NCBI GenBank assembly: GCA_002633005.1
Contig: NMRA01000346.1
Location: 425,449 to 489,448, forward strand
Source: Phoronis australis
Taxonomy: Eukaryota > Animalia > Phoronida
Reading direction: 5' to 3'
DNA: 64,000 nucleotides
Below are positions 44,011 through 57,551 of the stretch, piece by piece (the stretch's first letter is position 1; the number at the start of each line of letters is the position of its first letter). Under the pieces are notes generated by a model. It saw nothing but the letters and a program-made list of their open reading frames with translations, had not been told where the DNA came from and made no database searches. A program made the translations under genes and the position numbers.

Positions 44011-45934
44011 CAGCTCTCTCTGGGTTTTGCGTGGCTGAACACACATCCGTGGGCTTGTCACATTTTCTTCACTATGTCAAGAAACGAATGAAAAGTGTGA
44101 GTCATTCCACATCAAAGATGAGCTCAGAAATTTTATTCCGTCTTGTCATTTTGCACTTTCACTGTGGAAAAGCAAGGTAGGCTGAGAAAAAAGGTTGAAA
44201 ATGACGTTTCATCCCAAAACGACCCAATCCCTGGCCTGCCGATGTGCGATGAAATAAGCTAACACTGGATTCTGGATTAAGTAAATTTCCCATCGACTCC
44301 AATTAAAAAGCCAATTTCATGAAGTTGATTGAAAGTTAAGCCTGATTTAAATTGGATTCGCACCAGGTTTAAAGATAATCTGAATTTCTTAAAATTGGTT
44401 TTATGAACTTTTAGACCAGTGTTCTAGCAAAACTGTTTAAGTCTAATATGGACCTGGTTAAGCAAGTTTTCATTTCACCAACGAGGTCAATATTCCTTAG
44501 AACTCAAACGTTTGACTTTAGGCTTAATCATACCCAGATTTAACACTGTTAAAGATGCCAGACTTGCCCGGTATACATGTATGCGGAACCGTGCAGCTGA
44601 AAGACACCTCGGTGAAGGCCTAGATCACCGGCGCAGTTGTAGAGCAAGAATTTTCAGGTTTACGACGACACTGAATAACATAGACAAATACACTGTACGT
44701 GTTGCGGGGTGTCATTCGGACCAGCTCCCAGAATACGACTGATAGGCGTAATCGTTGTCGGCTAACGCTGATGTTTCTGACAGTTCTATCTCCTTACGCC
44801 CCAGAGACAGGACAGGAATCCTGTGCCCCGAAAGTTGCATGAAACCGGCGCAAATAGGAACTCGACTAAGTTCCCTAAATTTACTTCGTATTTGCGTCTT
44901 TCTTCACTCACAGGTGTAAATTTTTCTATCATTTCATCTTTATTATGAATAATGACATGTTTAAATAATATTAATAAGAACTGAGTCCTGCCGTTCAGTG
45001 AAAATAGGGTCTTGGTCATTTGATTAGATTGAAAAGAAAAGGCACCTGTTTATTTTCGATACTATTGAGAATTGAACATAAGAGTTTCCCGAGTTCGTAT
45101 CAAAACCAAGATTGGGTGTCCCGTCATCAAGGGCAAGCTTTCGTAATCATAAAATGAAAGCACTATTTTGCGTAAAACAGATACCGGTATACACCTGATG
45201 TTGCAGTTCACGCAAACGGTCACCAAATCCATACGTGTGCATACATAGACCGTTGAAGCCGGTTTGCGGAGCATTTTCGTATTACAGTACCAGGAGTGTA
45301 GATCCACTTTAGCAGTGACATAGAACACGAACAACGAAGTAGAACTCTGCCACGGAAACAGAACTTTTCACCAGATATTTTTACGGACGTTTCTTTAAAG
45401 AATTGAATCCATGCAGTTGATGACAAAGCATTTTCCTCGAGTTTCAAATTTCAGAAAAAAAGATCCGCCAACAGCTTGGCACTTCGACATTATTCCGACA
45501 AGACAAAGCGTGTCTCCTGATGGGGTAAGCTTGATGGAAGCGAAATAAACAGTGAAATAAATCGTGCCGGCAAGTAGAAGGGCTACCGATTTGAAAATAC
45601 GTGAAACTTGATCTTTGGTGGCTCTCAGTTTTTTTGAGCAACTCTTCAATAACATCAAAGATGGTGGGATGATATAGGAATTTAAAATTTGAAGCTTGCA
45701 CTGCGTTGTTAACCTGCTGATGCAGTTACTCGATCCCAGAATCTGGTTTGTTGACGAAATGCCAGTTCTTCTCCACTTGAACCATACGTTGCTCAACCGT
45801 GGCCTTTCAAAAATGTCACTTCGCTGACCTCACGGTTAGAGAATTGTATGATGCACGTATCCTTCGTTTTCTGTTGCCTGAAAATCTGGCAATGGCAAAT
45901 TCGCAACCTGTTGTATGAAAGCAGGCCAAGCACT

Positions 45935-47398
45935 TTCTCAGACTATGGGCGTTGTCGAGAGCTAGCTTATACAATTCACAGATGGCCCAAATAAAAACGA
46001 CGCGTTAGTACATTTTATTATTTAATTGACAAGCAATATGAAATGACATCAGTTTCAAAAGCTATGTACATATTTCCAAGACAGCATACGCGTTCCCGAG
46101 ACAGCACGATGTTCGGTAAATTCAATATTAGTCTCCGCGACTCGCACCACACATTCTCTCTTCACCGAATTGGTGGTGGACAGCCTCATACGGAATTCGG
46201 GCATTCAATCTGACAAGTCGCGCAGTCACGGTGTTACTCGGCGTAACGGACAATTGACTTCATCGACGTAAAAACTGCGCTCCACTACGGCTCGAAGCAC
46301 GCCGCACTGCACTGCGGGCAGTGACAATCTACTAGTACATTGTAAATACGCCATTGAGTCAGCTTGGATGCCTTCGGGGGTCGAGTGGAAGGCTGAAATA
46401 AAGGGTGATCAACATACATTAACAGCATATCCCTGCTGACTGGAAAAGTTAATTGACACACAGACTACAGGCACGCTTCAAGGAAATGAAATTAGCCAAA
46501 CTATGGATTTTGTTGATCCAGATCGTTGAGAACGTATAGATCAGGTAATCGAACTGTAATCTTTACCCTTTCACACACGGAAAGTCCATTAGCAAATGTG
46601 ATGAGCTATTGAAACATTCCCACATTTCAACTCAAGTACACAGAAGAGAGGCTTTGTATCAACCTTTCCATTATTTCGCTTGCTTTACTGGACGCGTAAA
46701 CCATATCATCCATTTTGGCGATGAACTGAAAAGCAAAATTTTACAGAATAACTCAAGGGACGAACCCGTCCATGGCAATACATACCATTCACCGTTCATG
46801 TCAACGGCACAAACGCTATATTACCTTTGCTGGGCCTTCAGCTCTCTCACATAGAATAAAGCACTCTCGGACTCCATTTCAATACTAAAACAATACAGAT
46901 TTGCAAAAGACTAGTTGGTTGACAGTAGTTTTGGACCACGTTTTTGGAATCGGTAGGAAATTTGCTTTCGGCAGAGAAGTTGTGTTTTTTGGGTGAAAAG
47001 TGCCGATTTTGCACCATTGCCCCTACTTTTCTTAAGTCTAGATTTGTTTTCAATGGGAGTGAAAGCGTCAAAAATACAAGAAAGAAAAAAGTTTCTCTGC
47101 TCATCTGTAGGACTTGTGGTTTGAAAAGACTCAATTTTCGCTTTATTTACATGCAGTTTTGACAGAGTGAAGAAAGGGTGAAGAGTCCATTGACGTACGT
47201 GTGTTCTGATTGGCAAACCCCTGTGANTCAAAAATACAAGAAAGAATAAAGTTTCTCTGCTCATCTGTAGGACTTGTGGTTTGAAAAGACTCAATTTTCG
47301 CTTAATTTGCATGCAGTTTTGACAGAGTGAAGAAAGGGTGAAGAGTCCATTGACGTACGTGTGTTCTGATTGGCAAACCCCTGTGAGAACTGTTCTGT
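45935..47398 (-). pseudogene. Internally deleted tandem duplicate of the FAM92/CIBAR-like locus (retains only the FIAKMDDMVY exon and the last exon)
   Basis: Colinear with 47399-54362 but lacks 49091-52708 and 52792-53551; last exon has indels relative to the 47778-47892 copy; minus-strand AATAAA at 46014-46019. Confidence 0.7.
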
Positions 47399-47777
47399 TC
47401 CTCAGACTGTGGGCGTTGTCGAGAGCTTACACGATTCACAGATGACCAAATAAAAACGAAGCGTTGTATATTTCATTATTTAATTGAAAATCAATATAAA
47501 ATGACATCAATTTCAAAAGCTATGTACATATTTACATGTACAAGGGAGCATAAGCGTTCCCGAGGCAGCACCATCTTCGGTAAATCCAATAATAGTCTCC
47601 GCGACTCGCGTCACGCATTCACTCTTCAACGAATTGGTGCTAGACAGCCTCATACGCGGACACTGTGACTTTATCGACGTAGAAGCTGCGCTCCACTACG
47701 GCTCCATGCACGCCGCACCCCCTTACAGGCGGTGACAATCNTGGTGCTAGACAGCCTCATACGCGGACAGTGTGACT

Positions 47778-50664
47778 TTATCGACGTAGAAGCTGCGCTC
47801 CACTACGGCTCCATGCATGCCGCACCCCCTTACAGGCGGTGACAATCCACATACGCCATTGAGTCAACTTGGGTGCTTTTGGGCGTGGAACGCTGAAATA
47901 AAGGATGGTGGATATACATTGCTCACAAATGATGCGAACACAGCACTGTGCCCATTTCATTTGGATCTGAAGCCATTGTTCAAGGCTCTGTGACCCCCAA
48001 AGAAATATTTAAAGAAAATGAAGTTGGCCAGGTTTGAGGGCAATCCTGTGGATTAAATAGGAAGTTTTTTTACCGGGAATGGTTTTCAGCAGCTGATTGA
48101 AGTTGTTGCTCGAAATCCAGAAATTTGGCCTCTGCTTCGTTCTACACGTCATTTTTAGAGTACATCATTTTTGACTGGGGAAAATTTTTGACAAGGATGC
48201 AGACAGGCTTCAGGGAAATGAAAATTGGCAAAGTGTGATTGGAAATGACACAATTTAAACTACACTTATTGAATCTAGAGTGTGGCTCTTNCTCACAAAT
48301 GATGCGAACACAGCACTGTGCCCATTTCATTTGGATCTGAAGCCATTGTTCAAGGCTCTGTGACCCCAAAGAAATATTTGAAGAAAATGAAGTGGGCCAG
48401 GTTTGAGGGCAATCCTGTGGATTAAATAGGAAATTTTTTACCGGGAATGGTTTTCAGCAGCTGATTGAAGTTGTTGCTCGAAATCCAGAAATTTGGCCTC
48501 TGCTTCGTTCTACACGTCATTTTTAGAGTACATCCTTTTTGACTGGGGAAAATTTTTGACAAGGATACAGACAGGCTTCAGAGAAATGAAAATTGGCATA
48601 GTGTGATTGGAAATGACACAATTTAAACTACACTTACTGAATCTAGAGTGTGGCTCTTCAATGAAAAACGCCAAAATAGTATTTTTAGATAACTTTTCGC
48701 ATCTTAAAATGTTTTCCGGTGAACGTCGCAAGACTAAAGACAAGGCTTAGTTGAATGTTCCCATAATGACGCCCATTTTTATGTTTCTTGGAACTGGGTA
48801 CAAACAAAGAATTTTGTTGATCCAGACCGTTGATAACGTAGAGATCAGGAATTTAAACTTTCCGCTTAGCCCCTTTCGACATGGAACCTGATGAGCTATT
48901 GATACATTCACAAGTTTCAACTCCATTACGCAGAGAGGCTCTGTACCAACCTTTCCATTATTTCGCTTGCTTTACTGGACGCGTAAACCATATCATCCAT
49001 TTTGGCGATGAACTGAAAAGCAAAATTTTACGGAATAACTCAAGGGACGAACCCGTCCATGGCAATACATACCATTNCACCGTTCATGTCTGTAACACTC
49101 GCTCAATAATGGTGAGTTTTAAACTGCATCCTATCAGATAGACCGATTTATTAGTTGTACGGTATGAAGATTGCATAAAACACCCGAGAACCATGCACTG
49201 AGAACGCCGCTTGAACTGACACTTCCCTTTTCCAATACAGGGCTTATCTAAATTTCCACGCAGCACAAGACGCTATCATACATGTATATATGCATGTAAT
49301 GACTCACCTGGTACAACTTATGCGACAGCTCCTGAGCCCGGCCTACTGCCTGACCAACTTCGTACTTGGCGGTCTCCAATTCAACCGACGCCTTCTTTCG
49401 GCTCCTTTGAGAGGACCATTTGTTAGATTGGAGTAAGCGTAGCTGCTCAAGCTTGGCTTGCTCCTTCTGCAACAAAGAAGTTTTAATTGAAATGTTGCAC
49501 ACCGTTTGCAAGTCACTCAATGACACCCAGTTTCAGCCTAACATAATTTTCCAAATCAAATTAAAGGACAGAAATAATGTTCTAATCTAAGAGAAAAGAC
49601 AGGGCAATGTCTCTGTACTAAACGTTATGTTGGTCTATGAACGTAAGCTGTTTGTAACATAAGTAGATGTTCTACCTTTTTTAGTTTTGACAATTGTTCA
49701 GTGGTAGCTCTGAGCTTCCTCTCCGTTTTCAGTGTATCTCTGACGACGCTAGAAAACGAAGCGAACAAACTATTACATTATCAGTCTCAAATAAAATCTC
49801 GCGATCGTTTCGCTAATGAATAGACTGTGTAGTAAAGCGTTGAATGTTTACTAAAGGGAACAGCGCAGCCATTCATGACAATTATCTTTAAAGACAATCG
49901 TTTCATAAAGCCTTTTTCTTGCTGTCATCAACTGACCTGTCTATCAATTTCATGTCACGTTCGACGTCTTTCAGCTCTTCATTCAGACCCCTGTGGTGGT
50001 CGTTCAATTGAATCAAATATTCGCAGACGTCATTGGCAACATCGGGACTAGTGGAATAACCTACAACAATGAACAGGACAAGCTAAGAGCGAATTCCATG
50101 TGCGATCTCACTGTCTCATCAGGTCGAATTTTCCTCGAGTCGTATTTTTGGTTTTGAAATTGCTACACTGTCCTTTGCGTCACAGTCATTTAGGTCGGCG
50201 AGTAATTGTTTCAGCCAAGCTAATGCAAGCTAAACCGTCTGTCGTTGACCAAGCCACGTTGACACGATCATGTGATCAGCGTTCTGGTAAAACACTTGTC
50301 AGCGATAGTGTGAATATAAACCAGATGTCAGACTTCCCCTTGCACATTCTTAAATTATAGTATATTCCAATAGCTTGTATTTAGACCCTATTCGTTTTGG
50401 TGATCGATTGTGATTGATCAGAATATCAGTATTTTGTACGTTGACATCTATCTATTATCTTGTAAGACGCCTACGAATTGTTAATTCCCGTTTTAAGCGT
50501 ACGACCAGTCCTGGGATAGAACATTCACCTGCCAAACTAGTTGAAGGAAAACTCGCTTCAACGAATAGCAAGACTCACGATTTAGGTTCCTTTTCAGGTT
50601 CTCAGCGTCGCTGACACACTTCTTTGTCACATCCTTCAGGTATTTTGTAGCTTGAACGTTTACC
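47778..50664 (-). CDS. Coiled-coil protein, probable divergent FAM92/CIBAR-type BAR domain; 5' end unresolved
   Basis: Exons 50664-50579, 50060-49937, 49748-49676, 49466-49308, 49012-48951 have canonical GT-AG sites and compatible phases (1,2,0,0), giving VNVQATKYLKDVTKKCVSDAENLKRNLNRYSTSPDVANDVCEYLIQLNDHHRGLNEELKDVERDMKLIDSVVRDTLKTERKLRATTEQLSKLKKKEQAKLEQLRLLQSNKWSSQRSRKKASVELETAKYEVGQAVGRAQELSHKLYQFIAKMDDMVYASSKASEIME. Probable last exon 47892-47778; an extra exon near 48509-48442 is possible. Exon chain is well supported; family call is weaker. Confidence 0.65.
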
Positions 50665-53600
50665 CTAAGGTAAAACAAAGAGGTGCATATTTCACCAAAG
50701 GCGGTAAAAACGAGAAGTGCTATTTAATGTTTCTAGATCAGGCACGACAACGGCCAGCTACAATTGACCCTTTGTGTCTTCTTTGAATACTTTGAAAGTA
50801 GTGATGTCCAAGAAAGAGTGTCCACGCACGGGCGAGTTAATACTGCAGACTCTTGTGTCTTAACTTGTCGGGTCTCAGGAATACAGATTAATATTGCTGT
50901 GATGAGATCTTAAATTTCACTAGCTAAGTAGTGGTTATACTCTGCGCAACGGTCTGTCGATAACTACACATGGCTTACGGGATGGATATTTAATAGCTTA
51001 AAGAAGTGTTTAATTTCTAGGGATTGCAAGGTATTTTTTGCATATCATGGATACGGCTTAGAACTTAAATCCGATGCTTCTGACAGGAGCCGACTTTTGC
51101 TTCAGTAGCACTGTGCAGTCGGTCGTCAAGCCCAGCTGGAGTGCAGATGCGGCCCCGCTGTTAGAGTTCTAATGTTGACACACGCACGAATCTTGTACTT
51201 CAGCTACATACATGTACTTTCGTTTAGATATAGTCGATGGTTCTGAAGCTGTAGCGATGCAGGTAAACTTTCTCAATTGTCCAAAAGGTCTCACACGAAC
51301 GCAAAACGGGTACGCATGACTAGAACGCGGGATGTAATCTTTCACTCGAAATCAAACTCGAAATTGTTTCTGGATTTCTCTGTCCTACATCCTCTTTATT
51401 TTTGCAACCCCAAAATATTTGTCTACTGTTCCTTACTGCACCGAGTTATGAGGTTTTATCTAGAACTCGTATACAATCACTAAACGAAATCTGGTCGTGA
51501 TGATACTGACGTACCTTTATTTTGTTAAGTTTTACCAAAAGACATGAACACGTGACCCATATAACAATTTCCTGGTGAAATGTGGAAATCGAATTTTGCA
51601 GTTTTCCACGTGAGGGAAATATAGACCAATACTGTAGTAAAACATGTTGTTTTATAGATATTTGTCTATATTTAAAGACTTGCTGATAAGGTCCTTTCAA
51701 GCTTTGACGAAACATATCGGTGTCACAAGATCGACTAAGAGTACTTTGGCTTCAGTATCGAACCCTCCTGTAATGCAAGGCCAATCCAGTAGCCACCGAA
51801 CACGGAACGGACTTATGCTACGTTCGCGTATATGCAGTCTGGAGGCACACAGTAAGTGAAGCTTGTTTTAGGCNACGCAAAACGGGTACGCATGACTAGA
51901 ACGCGGGATGTAATCTTTCACCCGAAATCGAACTCGAAATTGTTTCTGGATTTCTCTGTCCTACATCCTCTTTATTTGTGAAACCCCAAAATATTTGTCT
52001 ACTGTTCCTTACTCCACCGAGTTATGAAACGAAAATGAAGCAGTAATTTGGGAAAGCGCTACAACTTTTCTGAAGTTTTATCTAGAACTCGTATACAATC
52101 ACTAAACGAAATCTGGTCGTGATGATACTGACGTACCTTTATTTTGTTAAGTTTTACCAAAAGACATGAACACGTGACCCATATAACAATTTCCTGGTGA
52201 AAAGTGGAAATCGAATTTTGCAGTTTTCCACGTGAAGGAAATATAGACCAATACTGTAGTAAAACATGTTGTTTTATAGATATTTGTATATATTTAAAGA
52301 CTTGCTGATAAGGTCCTTTCAAGCTTTGACGAAGCATATCGGTGTCACAAGATCGACTAAGAGTATTTTGGCTTCAGTATCGAACCCTCCTGTAATGGAA
52401 GGCCAATCCAGTAGCCATCGAACACGGAACGGACCTATGCTACGTTCGCGTACATGCAGTCTGGAGGCACACAGTAAGGGAAGCTTGTTTTACGCAGGCC
52501 CACGGTCGCCAAGGAGACACGCTAATTTTCGAAGCTGTAGTTTGTGTTCCGTACGGGGTAATAAGGACAATTGAAAAGTATCCTAATGACCAACGAGGCT
52601 GCAACGAATAAGTCCGTTGCGTAAACGTTTCACGTTTTCTGAACAGAAATTTAGCCAAATTCACTCCTTTGATTGTAAAATTGTATTGCCGATGCATTTT
52701 GAAATGTCAACGGCACAAACGCTATATTACCTTTGCTGGGCCTTCAGCTCTCTCACATAGAATAAAGCACTCTCGGACTCCATTTCAATACAAGTAGCAG
52801 TTGCAAAACTTTTCGACCAACTCTTTAAAACCCCGGAAACATCTATTTTGTGACGTTAACCTTTGTTTCAGTAAACTGTAGCTACGTCACGACAATTGTT
52901 CTTAAGCTGACCTCATGAACCAAAAATCATTTCCCTACCCTCTCAAGCTCCATGTTAGCGGGTTCCAGATACGTGTACATGCTTATTAATGAATCCCGAC
53001 TTTTGAAACAGTCCAATCGAGAAAAAGTTCTCAGAAAATTTCCATTCTCACAGGCGGCTTATACATGAAGTGGATATAAACCCAAGCTCTGTCCCAGTAA
53101 AAGAAATTTCATTGTGAAGCCCTTTAGCGCTACGAAATTGTCACAATCTTGCCCTTTCTGCAACGAACAGTGAATTCCGGGTATGCAAAGAGCTCGTAGC
53201 ATAAAGTGACACCTCTTGACATGCCAACTTGTGGCACCTTGAGACTCAAGCGGTAACTGACGCCCTCAAATCACCGCCACTTTCCTTACGGTATACTGTA
53301 GGTGGCACTGAACAGTAAGGCTGTGGCCGCGGCCACTTTGCACTCCCGAAATATTAAAATTTTGGGGTAGGCCAAGTTTGGGTCATTTTGTAGGTAGGCA
53401 TTGCATATAGGCTCAGTGAATGTGGTTTGTTTGTGTTTGTGAACATACTGAGAATAAAAAAGTTGCACTCTTCTTCAAGATGGTGGTCCCCTGTTGGTTT
53501 TGTGCATTGCTGTGTAGCAACTGAGAAGTTGGCCGCGATTTCAGGTAGACCTAAAACAATCCAGATTTGCAAAAGACTAGTTGGTTGACAGTACTTTTGG

Positions 53601-55051
53601 ACCACGTTTTTGGAATCGGTAGGAAATTTGCTTTCGGCAGGGAAGTGGTGTTTTTTGGGTGAAAAGTGCCGATTTTGCACCATTGCCCCTAGTTTTCTTA
53701 AGTCTAGGTTTGTTTTCAGTGGGAGTGAAAGCGTCAAAAATACAAGAAAGGATCAAGTTTCTCTGCTCATCTGTAGGACNTTAAAATTTTGGGGTAGGCC
53801 AAGTTTGGGGGCATTTTGTAGGTAGGCATTGCATATAGGCTCAGTGAATGTGGCTTTCTTGTGTTTTTGAACATGCTTAGGATAAAAAAGTCCACTTGCT
53901 CGGCTGGAGCTGCACTCTTCTTCAAGATGGTGGCCCCCTGTTGGATTTGTGCATTGTTGTGTAGCAACTGAGAAATTGGCCGAGATTTCAGGAAGACCTA
54001 AAACAATCCAGATTTGCAAAAGTCTAGTTGGTTGACAGTACTTTTGGACCACGTTTTTGTAATCGGCAGGAAAATTGCTTCAGTAGAGCATCGGCAGGGA
54101 AGTGGTGGTTTTGGGGTGAAAATTGCCGATTTTGCATTTGTTGCCACTACTTTTCTTAGTCTATCTTGGTTTTCAGGGGGAAGTAAAAGGGTTCTAAATA
54201 CAAGAAAAAATAAAGTTTGTCTGCTCATCTGTAGAGCTTGTGGTGTGAAATGATTCGATATTTTTTACTTTATTTGCATGCAGTCTTTGACAGAGTGAAG
54301 AAAGGGTGAAGAGCCCATTGACGTGTGTTCTGATAGGCAAACCCTCGTGAGAACTGTTCTGTGCCTCTACATAGCAACTGAGCCCAGTTGATATCGAATG
54401 ATGCTCACAACTATTAGATTTTCTTTGTTTTTTCTTTCACTTGCAGCGATGTATAAGTGAAATTTCACTGTGAAGCACTTTAACGCTAATTTTGTCACAG
54501 TCTTTTCTTTTCTCGTGATTTCCGGGTGTGCAAAGAGCTGGCAGTTCGTTATTGCTTGAGAGCACGATCCTAGCATAAAGCGACACCTTTTGACATGCCA
54601 ACGTGTAGTACATTGACTCTCAAGAGGTAACTGATGTCCTCAAATCACCCCCAATTTCCAAAGGTATAAGGCAATTAAGCACAGTTGTTCATTAATTATG
54701 CTCACAACTCTTAGACAGTCTTTGTGTTTTTTTTTTACTCGCAGTAAGGCTTCTTCTTGGTGATGTATAAGTGACAACAACAAATCTTTGACATCCCGAA
54801 TAGCGGGCAAATAAGCACTGTACGTGAACTCATTAAAGTTCAAATATTCCAAATATTTGTCCTCTCGCTCGAAAATAAGCATACCTCCGGTTTACAGTTT
54901 AGATATTTGCTCCCCAACCAACTAACCAACACAGTGGTTAACGCTCGTTAAATGCACGACTGCACATTCTGTAGGACTGCTTGGTGTAAACTCGCTCACG
55001 CTCTTTGTACACTTTCCGATCTTCCGGCGGATATTGTAACGAATATCGCCA

Positions 55052-55209
55052 CCAGCCTCCCGTTCAGTAAGGCTAGGACCTCGCTAAAAAGCAAGCCTTC
55101 GTGAGATTACGCGGGAAATTGCCGTGTATATCAAATAAGAGCTCGTGACTTTGGCTAGATTTTAGCTAGGTCCTAGCGTAGGTCCTAGCGTTACTGAACG
55201 CACGCCAGG
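55052..55209. mobile_element. PIF/Harbinger-like MITE, copy 2 of 3
   Basis: Highly similar to 43601-43761; CAG at both ends. Confidence 0.8.
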
Positions 55210-55519
55210 AATTTCAGATAATTAAGAGAGATCTCATATCTTGCTAGTATGGAGAATGTGGCATTTAATCTTCGGTCCTAACAAAATGACAATTATGTGT
55301 ATGGGAAATGTTTACTGCGCATTTTTACGCATGCGCGCATATGTATTCTTTCTTGCGGCGAATTTGAAAATTTATTGCGACGAAAGAGTTTACGTGTCGT
55401 CTGTGTTTAAGAAATAGTGAATCTGGCGATTTTTTCTAGAAATTATATAACTCTTCGAAATTAATAATTCCCACGTTAGCAACCCCAAGCATCGAGTGAG
55501 CACCCTTACCACTCAACGC

Positions 55520-56080
55520 AAAAACTCGCGTCATTGTATCTAAGTCTCTTATCGGCTAGATCTGCTGCCTTAGCTGCTGACCGCTTTCCTCCTGTTGCAA
55601 ATTTGCCTTTTGGCGCTCCGGATCTTCTTCATCCCTGCTGTTTATGAAAGTCATTACATAAGGCAACCTTATCCAATTTGTGCTCTTCTATGCACCCCTG
55701 AATCCATTGGCAAACAACATTTGGACTCTTGTTGAATACAGATCTATGTTGCAGAAACTCTTTGGTACCCCTAGCCATCTCCTCAGGTAAGCGCGAATGT
55801 ACCTCTCATTCCTGACTGCTGTCGATGGTGGCACATCGTAAATCAATTAGCTGTCACAATATTCAAAGAAATACCGGTGTTGGTATATCCAAATCTTGTA
55901 TTTGCCTGGCAGGACACACTTGTCTACCAATGCCATCCATTCCTCCACGTAGCCTCTATTTGCTGACACTTTGACTATGTCCTTCAGCGTACTGTCATAG
56001 CACTTTCCTTCGCTCTTTATTGATAAAATCCCACCAGCAATCACAAAGTTGAACACCTTGCCATTCGTCACCATCATTTA
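55520..56080 (-). mobile_element. Frameshifted remnant of an RLE-type non-LTR retrotransposon (HERO-like), region downstream of RT core
   Basis: Minus-strand peptides GKCYDSTLKD...VDKCVLPGKYKIWIYQH and, after a frameshift, LIYDVPPSTAVRNERYIRAYLRRWLGVPKSFCNIDLYS, matching the recalled LPGKYKAWIYQH...LIYEVP...YLRRWLGLP pattern of this clade. Confidence 0.75.
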
Positions 56081-57551
56081 CTCCTATTTAATTTTTTTCC
56101 ATAATTCTGAGACATCATGTACAGCTGGAAGGCGTTCCTTACTTTGCACGCACGAAGCTCGCGAAAAAACAAGTCTTCACGAATGAAGGCCTGATGTTGC
56201 CGTATAGGGCTAGAGCCTTGGTAGCACTGCATGAGTAACGGCAGCCAGTGAAATGGTTGGTAGGCGCGGATACAATGTCCATTGAGGGCTGAATTGTGAA
56301 ATGGCATTTCTGTTGATCAAAGCATTTTCAGCCATCCGTGACCCTAGTCGCGAATATTTGTTTTTTGAAATCATAACTTCGTATTTGTCTTATTACATTC
56401 CGGACTCGGCTAATCCTATTTCATAGGGGGAAGTACATGTAAGACAATTATTTTCTCCGCAAGGATCATAATCTCTTTGTCAGTTAAGCTGCATTTAGTT
56501 ACACAGCCCAATTGGAACAGATGTGTTTGAATAAGAGCAGATTTCACAAAGAAGTGCTTTCGCTGACCTTCCTTGTCAATTTCAACAGGCCTAATTTGTG
56601 TGAACGACACCCGTGATTTACAACCATCAACAAAATTCTATAAAGTTCCGAAGATATGTAGTAGTGTTATAGACTGTATGATGATACATGGCTCTGTGGC
56701 CTTTGGTGAACATCCGATAAGAAATATACGAGTTGCCAACACTGAGAACGCTTCTCTACATGCGTGTGTGACAGTCGAGAACGGGATATAGCCTAATTCA
56801 AGAAAGTACGGTCGATGTGTGTGAGGACACTTAATGATGATGCACGCCATGAACTTTGGTCGAAATTCTGTAATAAATGTGGGAGGAGTTGCACACAGAA
56901 GAAAATTTCCCTAAAATCATGCTTGAAAATTAGGAACGGGACATATTTCAAATAAAAGCGGTTGAAAGGCAAAACGTCGACGATATACCCTACGGCATGT
57001 CGTAATTACAGCTAATGAATCGTAAGTTGACATCTGAGGAGAAATGTCGGAAGAGATGTACACAAAGGAACGTTTCCCTACAAGTAATCTGAAAATCACA
57101 ATGGGGGCATAATTCAAGAAGCTACGGGGTTAACTGTAGCCTTGTCTACATGGGACACTTAAGAAACGTTTAAATAGATTAAAAAATTTTCAAGATTTCT
57201 TTCAAATGTATTCCATGACTTTATGACGTCCTGCACAAGCTCAGAGATGAAAAAGGCGAACGTATGTAGGCGAAATAAAGGTGATTTATTATGAAAACAT
57301 AGCGGTACTGAAAGTAGAACATGAAATAATAAGTGCTACGTAAAATTATAAGCTCTGGAAAGATGGGCAATAAAAAGCTCGGCACTCACGTACGAGGATA
57401 TACATAAAAATTGGTGGCAGAAGGTTGGCAAAAATTAAGAGAGATTGAACTCGAACGCAAGGTCCCGCTGAAAGAAAGTTTTGACAATAAACACATGATT
57501 GCTGAGAACAAAGGTTAACCCTAAAGACACGTGACAATAAGCCTATAGAAA

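Noticed and set aside
44786-45796. Cluster of overlapping minus-strand ORFs (75-133 aa)
   Set aside because: No recognisable domain, no consistent splice chain, mostly non-ATG starts; cannot support a gene.
49073-49130. Additional exon of the CIBAR-like gene
   Set aside because: Stops in all three frames between the candidate acceptor and donor.
51446-52574. Duplicated ORF pairs as paralogous genes or the start of the CIBAR-like gene
   Set aside because: Duplication straddles the N at 51874; the candidate exon near 51571-51515 is open only to a phase-0 donor whereas the 50664 exon needs phase 2.
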